From Christensenellales bacterium (lineage in GTDB: Bacteria > Bacillota > Clostridia > Christensenellales > UBA3700), in the NCBI GenBank assembly GCA_051883415.1, contig JBJETR010000064.1, forward strand, positions 18,573-82,572: a stretch of 64,000 nucleotides of DNA, given 5' to 3'. Under the pieces are notes generated by a model. It did not search any database. It was given only the letters and a program-made list of their open reading frames with translations, and had not been told where the DNA came from. Position numbers and translations under genes: made by a program. Shown in pieces: positions 19,501 through 28,000 of the stretch (its first letter is position 1; the number at the start of each line of letters is the position of its first letter).

Positions 19501-22086
19501 AAATTTACAATCCAACTTGCAATAGCCGACATTTATATTACGACAGCCAACATATTCACTGCGGAAGGCGTAGCCTTTAGCGAGATGGATTTGTCACAAG
19601 TGCTTAGCAAGACCTTCGACAACAAAACTCTCAACAAGATTGAGGGCGCTTACGTCAAACTTTATCAAGAAGACGGCACGAGCAGATACGGTATAGGCGC
19701 AATAGACTATTGCCGTGGAAGATCGGCGGAAACCGATAAAGTAATCCAAGAGGCATTGGAAGTCTTCGTAAAATACGAAAATAAGCATGCAGGACAGACT
19801 GTAGCTTACCTCTACGTTCAAGGTAAAGAGGACTACGAGAGCAAGAACTACGTCAAGCTCTATCCCGTTTACTTTACCGACTACGAAATAATACTCGACG
19901 AGGAAGGCTTCGCAACCAATCTGCCTGACAATCCTAGCAAGACGATAGAGTGTAACGTTACTATCTCCAAATATAATATGTCGGTTGACGTTGCATCGTA
20001 CGTCAAATCGACCTATACCTTTGGTGACGTTATCCCTGCTACCTTTGACGTAGCGTTGCTTGACGGCTCTACGATGACCTTTGACGTGAAGGGTGGACTT
20101 GCTACTTATTGCAACGTCAATACCTACAACGTGCAGGCAGAGGCTCAAAGAGTTCATGAGGATATAGATTTTAGTATTATAACCACTAACGTAGTAGTCA
20201 ATCCAAAGAAGGTCAATGCAATACCTACTATGGACGGCGAGAAAAACTTCTCTGCTAAGCGTGATTTCGACAACAGAGAACACGTATTTGCAGCGACTTA
20301 CAAGGACGTCTATGGAGAGCAACAAATTGTCAACGTAGAGTTCTATCAAAACGACGCCAGAACTACTCCGTACAAAGACAAGGACGGTACTTATATCAAG
20401 ACTATTCGCAATGCCGGATACTATTACGTCAAGTTCACCACCACCGATACCAATTACACTATCGTCAATGCGGAAGAATTTGAACTTGAGATAGTCAAAG
20501 CATTTATGGAATTGGAGCTCGGCACCAAAGAAATGGACTACAAGGGTAGAGCTATATCCTACGACTTCGTCGTCAAAGCGGATCCTGAGCTGTATAGTAT
20601 GGAAGACTTTAAGTTGACTTACTACCCATATCCTTCTACCGCGGTATATGACACCGTGAATAAGAAGATAACGAGTGGCAAACCATTGTCTACCCCTATC
20701 GCAGCAGAGAACGTCATCGACGTAGGATACTATTCGGTTACTATCGAATTTAAGGATAACGGCAACTTCTATACTCAGACCTACAACGATAGCTTGTTGG
20801 TAATCGTCAAGGCTGAGATGGAAATCATCGCCAACGACATAACGGTAGTTTACACGGGCGACGACTTTAGCTTCAATCACCAAGACGCTAATAGCAAGTT
20901 GGTGGGCAAAAACACCGGCGTGGTATTGGCGAATACGACGGGAATTGACGACGAAAGCAACGCCGTAACCGTCATCAACGATACGCTGGTTACTATCAAT
21001 AGACGTAATGCTAATACGGGCTTAGAGGAGCCAATCACCCCTGCTACGGGTTCGTTTAGCAAAGTGGGTAGCTATAAGTACGTGTTGAAATATGCAGGTG
21101 ACGACAATCATTTGCCTTGCGAAAAGGAAGTCCAACTCATAATCGAAGAGGCTACTTTCGAAGGTATCACTTTCGAAGGCGTGACTCAAGATTACAACGG
21201 CAGAAGAGTCAAAGTTGAGGCAATAGTGCCTGACGAATACGTGCGTACGGAGAACTATAGCATAAGCTATATCAACGGCGCTAAGGTACAAGATACACCT
21301 TTTGAATTCGTAGACGCCAATACCTACAAAGTAAAAGTCGTGGTAAGTTTGCCTAACTACACCGATTGGGAGAAGACCGTCGAAGTCAAGATAAATAAGG
21401 TTGATATCACCGACGTATACGTAATCTCTCCACCTGTGGTTTACGACGGTCAACCGCATAGAGCGGTATTGTCATTGGCTCCAAACTCAAAATTGAGCTA
21501 TAACGAGACGACCAAAAAGTATACCTACAACGGCTTGGACGCAATCGTTACTGCAACCGACGTAGAAGCAACTGACGTAGGTACCAAGGAAGGTAAGTAC
21601 GTAATCTTGGTCAACAACTATAATAGATTAGAGCTTGCTACAACCGTATCCATTACGCCACGTGAAATAAATGAAGTATCTTATCAAGATTTGACGAACG
21701 TCAAGTTCAACACTTCTACCGACTTGAGTCAGCTAAAAGCAAGCTTTACCGACGCCAACGATGAAGTGCAGACCAATAGACTTAGATTCTTCAAGGCTGA
21801 AGGAGACGAATGGAAAGAAGTAGGTCTTAGAGAAGACGGTACTTTGCCGGTAGGTACTTATAGAGCCTACGTGGCTGCGGATGAGAACTACGATATCAAA
21901 AACTACGTAGAGTTTACAATCGTAGCCGCTACGAGCCAAGTAGTAGATAACGATAACGATACAGTCAAGACCGACAACAAGCAAATGATGATTATCATAG
22001 GAGCCGCAGCAGGCGGTGTGGTACTCATCGGCGTAATCGCAGGCGTTGCGATTGCAATCAAGAAGAAAAAGAAATCGGCTATATAA
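16519..22086 (+). CDS. Giant (1,855-aa) envelope protein. N-terminal signal/anchor helix, GLUG-like beta-helix head, Ig-like/MBG-type stalk modules, C-terminal TM helix plus KKKKK tail.
   Basis: AAGGAGG lies in the 15-nt gap after the previous stop. Head motifs include FDGNGYTINI, GIIAGLSNGGEISNCKV, AGGAVGIATNGAKISNI and AGGIIGN. The C-terminus is MMIIIGAAAGGVVLIGVIAGVAIAIKKKKKSAI. Confidence 0.85.
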   Translation: MTNNINKRIIITITSIILIVSLVCALLMLIDKDTKQNEAVAEELLSANSTTTDGLIDGVDGKHATLAELQDKAIKAGKTLKTISTQSELESFLSSNVSTDYGALYNVSGDLTLNWEKETDNYASSNKYMRGVFDGNGYTINIRGGVGKGAFASGYAAKHIINTDPIFGGSDTAANPIYIAPSGFFVAINEGTIKNVTFSYTSKHIEPNGRDADGGSCLYNSYEHGVTPSVGIIAGLSNGGEISNCKVILKNPFVLYGTGQGGLAALTANGRFRENSAIAGGAVGIATNGAKISNITVDLQSSFSVVCRGNQNTSNSARATLTCAGGIIGNFVPIGGTTMKYCTVTGNGTMSSIAGSGNNDSKFHTFVGAAIGGTFRFTGVENWENFAMGDYPTAEITAIMSNYQGKMRYNPQKDYNNMQTNYAKLFGAIGSQTGDITGVNGMVFLFDYKTFCEANGVDGTYMDSWWMKFTLDSIGTSIYPTSTGGQVDVSFDSDNETYDIRVEAKADGFAGDMSQNPDSGYCKKLEIADGEYGNFIWEANVNRNGQTSKHIKAEEYVGGEIYLLRATDYGTMNYSFGEIADYSISSNNGLVSNKEYDSDPINEPTLVLKSKLGNSLTVNPEAYQWELLKSAEPTPIAVTNSQTFLPGTYTYRAYKMLDQEKLAYYDATNKVLARYKKSEKETFTVKMAELKYDAPNENVWLNQANIGMYIIKDKSWMFNYIEYSVDGSWSGLIPTFGVAKYVYKDNVSTGKSGRTYAFRAYVQVGTDYIQVAQSAVQVKVRIDNEKPLIEDVHYYLSDSEGTQGEEITVSDLNEWRTTPILMKYTVNDEGRSGIVSGSGHTDYVANENGTWSCSVLLKDTKTYTLSYTDATNNTVSMTYNVKIDNVNPIFNVVLSSGNKVQISGGRYYYSEALKVTYNATMGESGYDLYVSTATDDSIVGEDKRVWVMYEGALSNTGEMLVDEELNSQEIWYKLVNKQGLYEDVVVQLVNASMTKFTIQLAIADIYITTANIFTAEGVAFSEMDLSQVLSKTFDNKTLNKIEGAYVKLYQEDGTSRYGIGAIDYCRGRSAETDKVIQEALEVFVKYENKHAGQTVAYLYVQGKEDYESKNYVKLYPVYFTDYEIILDEEGFATNLPDNPSKTIECNVTISKYNMSVDVASYVKSTYTFGDVIPATFDVALLDGSTMTFDVKGGLATYCNVNTYNVQAEAQRVHEDIDFSIITTNVVVNPKKVNAIPTMDGEKNFSAKRDFDNREHVFAATYKDVYGEQQIVNVEFYQNDARTTPYKDKDGTYIKTIRNAGYYYVKFTTTDTNYTIVNAEEFELEIVKAFMELELGTKEMDYKGRAISYDFVVKADPELYSMEDFKLTYYPYPSTAVYDTVNKKITSGKPLSTPIAAENVIDVGYYSVTIEFKDNGNFYTQTYNDSLLVIVKAEMEIIANDITVVYTGDDFSFNHQDANSKLVGKNTGVVLANTTGIDDESNAVTVINDTLVTINRRNANTGLEEPITPATGSFSKVGSYKYVLKYAGDDNHLPCEKEVQLIIEEATFEGITFEGVTQDYNGRRVKVEAIVPDEYVRTENYSISYINGAKVQDTPFEFVDANTYKVKVVVSLPNYTDWEKTVEVKINKVDITDVYVISPPVVYDGQPHRAVLSLAPNSKLSYNETTKKYTYNGLDAIVTATDVEATDVGTKEGKYVILVNNYNRLELATTVSITPREINEVSYQDLTNVKFNTSTDLSQLKASFTDANDEVQTNRLRFFKAEGDEWKEVGLREDGTLPVGTYRAYVAADENYDIKNYVEFTIVAATSQVVDNDNDTVKTDNKQMMIIIGAAAGGVVLIGVIAGVAIAIKKKKKSAI

Positions 22087-22098
22087 AGGGGAGGAAGT

Positions 22099-25000
22099 AT
22101 GAATAAAATAAATAAAAAATCTCTTATAGCTTTAGTAATTGCCGTATTGGCGATAGTAACCTTGACGGGTGCAATGGCGTTGAGCTTTGCCTCTCCGTCA
22201 GGCTACACTAGCCAAGGCGACTACGGCGTTGCCAATACATCGAGCGAGATAGGCGAGAATACACCGACGCTGACGGGTAGCCTTATATATAGCTCAAGTG
22301 ATTTGGTAAGTGCATTGAGTTCCGGTACGGGCGATCACGTGTTGTATAGCAACGTCACTCTCGACGCATCGTCGTTGTGGAGTAGTACGACATCTACCGT
22401 AGGCGTGCTGGACGAAAACTTTGTCCTTGACGGAAAAGGTTATACCATCACCTTGACGGGCGCAACGAGTTTTTATAGAACCGACTATAGTCCGTCCAAC
22501 TATTCGGCGATACAAAATAACTTCTCTACAACCGAGATATGTAAGGTAGCGGGCGGTCTTGCTCAAATCAACAAGGGCATTATCAAAAACGTCAACTTCG
22601 TATGGGCTAACAGCATAGATTACGGCGAGAGCCTGCAAGCAAATGACAATACCGACGCATATCAAAGTACGTCGTACGGTATGATATTCGGTATCAATGC
22701 CGGTACTATAGACAACTGTACGCTGACGGTCAACAACTTTATGCGCGTCAATATTCGTCTTACCAACCAAAGCTGGAACTCTCACTTGCATACCTCGGCA
22801 GTAGGTGGCTTTGCAGGCACGCTGATGGGCGGTACTATCAAAAACTCTACCGTCACCCTTAACCAAGGCATTACCGCAGTGCAACAAGGTATCAGTTGGA
22901 GTAGTTGGGGAACAAAATATGCAGGACAAAATAAACTTTGGGTAGGCGGTTTCTGCGGAGTTGTCAACAACGGAGGCAACATCTACAACGTAACCACCAA
23001 AGGTACGGGAAATATCCACGTAAATAGCGTAGAATCGCTATCTCAAAACCAAAACAGTATCGTAGCCGCTTCGGGTATCGTTGCGGGCTGTAACGCAATA
23101 GCGGCTGATAGTGATTCTACTAATACAGGTAACTGGACTTCTATGGGCGGCGCCGGTACTATCAACGGCGTAATGAACTATTGGACGGGTACCGCACGTA
23201 CAATGGTAGGTGGTTCTTTCGGTGCGGAATTGGGACCTACTTCGGGTACCGTAACTACGGGAAGTAGAGATTTTACGGGACAAGGCGTAATTTGTGGACT
23301 TGCAGGTAACAATTCCAGCAACGGAGGTCCGACCGTCCACAATATCTACTATATCAATATGGACGTACCGAGTGCGGTATTTGCCAAGAACTGGAACTAT
23401 TCTTCGACAGGGGATACCATTACCGGTACTACCCCTACGGGTACGGCATCTATCAAAACCACCGTCAATACTACGGTAAGTACGACTGCATTCCCTAATA
23501 CCGGTACGCTCAAGATTTACTTCGACGGTACTACCGATACGGCTGAGCCTAAGGTGTCATTCGACGCACCTTACTATTCGGGAGACGGATTTACCTTTGG
23601 CGGTGCGCAAGGTATCGTATGGAGAGTCAAGTACACTACTCCGACCGAGCCTAACAGAACGTTGGATATCTACAAGAGCGTAGGTAGCGTGGACAACGTG
23701 GATAGTTATAAGTCTTGGAACACCGAGAGCAAGATTCCTCGAACCTTGACGGGCGACAATCAAAAGTTTGAATTTACCTTCGATACGGGTATCGTAGCAA
23801 CTTACGGTAATCCTCGCAACCCTAAACTCAATGGCGTCATTACCGATATGCCTACCGATGAGACGTATTCTAATATATATATCGCTACGGGACACGAGTT
23901 TGACGGTAGCGGACTGTACATTCCTTCGCTTAGATTGTACTCAGACTCTGCCAAGACTAAGCTTGTAGGACAGATACAAGGCGATGAAAGTGTGTTTAAG
24001 GCTTATAAGCAAGGTGCACCGGGACAACAATACAATCTATCGGATGCTATAGACGTGGCAACTTGGGAGATATATTGCCCTGTACAAGACAGCACGTACG
24101 ATATCTTGTTTACGGCTACCAACACCGAAAATATGAACGTCGTAGTCTTTAAGGAGAACGACAACTTCAGAATAAGACAAGTAACCACGCCTAAGTCGGT
24201 GACGGTATCTTATACCAACGCACCTGCCGACTTCGTTTACAATTCTTCTCCTGCGGCATTTACGGCGACTGCGAGCGGACTTGTGAGCGGATACGAGGCT
24301 ACGCCAAATATCGAATACTATAAACTAGTAGAGGAAGAAGGCGTATGGAACGAAGTGGCTATCGTTGACAATCAAGCCGAAAATGCAGGCAAATATAGAG
24401 CTAAAATTACTACTATGTCTTCTAGCAACTACGTGGTGGCTAATCCTGAGGAGTTGGCTATAGATTTTGAGATAACTCCTAGAGAGATAACAGTAACGCC
24501 GTTGCCTGAAGAATTGGAAGCGACTAATCCAATCTTCACCTATGACGGCTTGGAGAAGTTGCCTACGTATAGCGTATTCGGCAACGGAGTTAGCGAAGCA
24601 AGCGCCTTGATAAAGATACTCAACGTAGTCGACAACAACGTAATCAAGGTTACTTACGAGCCTTACGCTACCGAGACGACCAACGCTACCGACGATAGAT
24701 TTGTCAATGCGGGTACTTATAAGATGATATTGGAGAAGGAAAGCGGAACTATGTCTGCCAACTATAGTTTTGAAAAGACTACCTTTATCATCGAGATTGG
24801 TCGAGCAGACGTGACTATCACCGTATCGGCGGAAGAAACGATACAAGACGGCGTAATCATCAAAGAGTATAATCAAGGCTTCCAAAAAGTTGTATGGAAT
24901 ATTGTGAAGCCTGAAAACGGTGAAACGCCTGTCCTTAGCGAATCTTATAAAAATAATGAAAACGGTATTGCAATGGCAGACGGTGCCGCTACGGGCGGTA

Positions 25001-28000
25001 TGTATACCGTTACGGCAAGTATTGATATCGACAAAGGATTTAACAACAACTACAAGTACACCGTTTATGAGGTAGCCCTCAGAGTAAAACCAAAAGACTT
25101 TACAATCAATTGGTTCCCTAATCTGACTGCAGAGGATGTGGAAGCTAAGAAGATTGTGCCTTACGTCTCTGAGATTTACGATTACGGCAACGTAAGCAGA
25201 ACGGGTATGTTCAAAGACGATGCAAGAGACGACGCTTACGATATTACCGGCTTTAAGTATATGTGGAAGGCTACCGAAGAGGGCGAGTACACTCAAGTAA
25301 GTCAAGCGTTCAATGCAGGCTACTACGTAGTGTCGCCTATCATGGAGACCTATGGCAACTACAATATGCTTAACGGTGAGTTTGCTTTCCAAATTACTCC
25401 TATCACCACGACGATAGAGGTAACGCCTACGAGCAAGCTTTACGGTGACGTCGATCCTGCCTTCGATTGGGCTGTTGCGGGTGGATATACTCCGTTGTTC
25501 GAAAACGACGAAGTAATACCTAACTTCCTTGCTTCCGAGCAATATTCCGCTCCGGGAACGTATGCCGTAACTTTGGCAAGCGTGGGTGGTGCTCAAGGTG
25601 TCAACTACGTGATTACGCTAATCGAAAATACCGCTCTTACTATCAACAAGAGAGGCGTGTCGATTGAGTTTGGCGTAGAGGGCGCTGTGGACAACGTGGC
25701 AATCTACGACGGCACTATCAAGACCTTTACAACCCCTATATTTACCTATCAAAACGAGAATTTCGTAGACGCAGAGGGTAAGATGGGCGTGCAATACGAG
25801 TATTACAAGATTGACAGAACCGTTATCAACGCCAGCGAAATTCGCAATGCGGGTAAGTATAGCGTCAGCGTATTGTTGACCGAGGAAGCCGACAAGTACT
25901 TTACCATTACTTACGGCTCGGTTGTCAACTTTATGATTGACAAGTTGACAGTAACTATCGACACCATGGATAAAGTAGTGACCTACGGCGATGAGATAGG
26001 TGATTACACCTGGAATTATGCTGACGGAAGTGCAACCTTCGTAGCAGAAGACGGTATCGTGGTTACCCCAACTTGCAGTTACGTGCGCTACGGCAATTGC
26101 GGAACCTTCGATATCTTGGCAACTATTGCCGACAGCGTAGACGACGAGGTTCAACTTGCAGAAAACTACAACCTCGAGTTCGGCAACGTCGGACAACTCG
26201 TGGTCAACAAGAGAGGTATCGTCGTAAAGGCTATTACCTTGCCTCTCGACAAGACTTACGACGGCACGGCTAAGGTAGTACAAGCAGTGTGTGACAACAT
26301 CGTCAACGAAGACGTGCTTAACTTCACCTATACCTTCAACGGCTTGGCTCAAGCAGTAGACAAGGGTAGCTATTCTGTCAACGTCGACCTTGTTGACAAC
26401 AATTATTATATCGAACAGACAACTTCCGAATTGCTCGTCATCACCGCTAGAAAAGTGGTATTGGAAGTTGACGACGTCAACTTGACGTATGGCGCAGACG
26501 TTCCGACTATTACTTGGAAATATGCAATGGGAAGTTTGCAATTCGTAGAAGATGACGGAGTGAGCGTCAACGTGGCGACCGATTATACCAAGTTTAGTGC
26601 GGTTGGCAATTATGCAATATCCGTAGAAACCAATGCAAGTGACAACTACGACGTGACTTTGCCTAACAATGCAGAAGTAGTTGTGAACGCACTCGCTATC
26701 ACGGCAACGCTAACTATGCCTGTAGAATTGGTGTACAACGGACTAGAGAAGACAATAGAAGCAAACCTCAACGGCGTGCTAGGCGATGATGTAGTTGACT
26801 TTGACGTATTCTACAACGGAGGGGCTAGCGCAATCGACGCAGGCAACTACGTAGTGACCGTTGTCAGCAACAACGCCAACTATACGATTTCCGTTGACGG
26901 CATAGACAACTTTACAATCTCGCCTAAGACTATCAAGTTCTTGACCAACGACGGCGAAAAGGGCTACGGCTCCGACATCATCGTATTTGCCGACGGCGTA
27001 GCACCTTACGAATTGATAGACGGCACTATCGAAGATAGAGACGTAGATGACGTAATTATATCCGTGGCTTGCGACCTTGCAGAAGAGATAAGAGGTGCAA
27101 CTACCCCTAATGCGATTTACGTTGTGCTTAGCGGTAGCAAGGCAGGCAACTACAATGCAGTTACCGAAACTAAGGGTAGCATCACAATAGTTAGCAACAG
27201 CCTTAGCAACGTAGTACTCGAAGAAGCGTCGAGCATATACGACGCAACCGACAAGGTAGCGGGCATCAACGTGCTCAACGTCAAGAAAGACGACGTTACG
27301 ATTACCTATAAGGATTGTAACGATATCGACGTAGCGGCTATCATCAATGCAGGTACGTATAAAGTAGTTGTCGAAGTCAAAGCCGAGGCTCAAGTCAACT
27401 ATCAAGGAGATATGTCGATTGAGTTGCCATACGTAGTCGAGAAGAGAACTATCGATATCGTGGCTGTCAATACTCAATTGACCTACGGCGATATCAAGCC
27501 TGCTACCTTCTGGGCTTACGCAGAGGGAAGCTTGGAAATGATAGATAGTGACGCATTGGCTATTACCGTCAACGAGGCTTATAACGAGACTTCTCCTGCT
27601 GGCACGCCAATCAACGTGACCTACGTCGCACCTATCAACGACAACTATATCTTCAACTTGCCTCAAGACGTGCAAATTACCGTGGCTAAGAAGACCTTGA
27701 CCTTTATCGTGGATTTGCCTACCGATGCAGTCTACGACAAGACGGCTAAAGAAGCCGGCACGGCTATTAGCGGCGTTGTCAACGGCGACGATATTAGCAT
27801 TGACGTGTTGTACAGCGACAACGTAAATGCAGGCGAGTGTCAAGTAACCTTGCAAGTCGGCGGAACGAAAAAAGATAACTATATCTGGGACGAGTACGAA
27901 GGTTCTTTCGTCATCGCTCCTAAGCAAATCACCGTCAACAAGATGAATTTGCCTATCGACTTGGTTTACAGCGCTACCGCTAAGGTTGCTAGCGTTGAAC

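Noticed and set aside
19594-20883. Very long antisense ORFs inside the giant genes. Examples: 19594-20883 (429 aa), 24325-25596 (423 aa), 26779-28032 (417 aa), 17170-18168, 14995-15918, 13093-13971 and 25618-26541.
   Set aside because: Every one I checked is in the codon-aligned antisense frame: (start minus sense start) is divisible by 3 for 13093, 19594, 24325 and 26779. In that frame, antisense stops arise only from sense TTA, CTA and TCA codons, which these genes rarely use. The translations are low-complexity and lack RBS/start context. These are shadow ORFs caused by codon bias, not overlapping genes.
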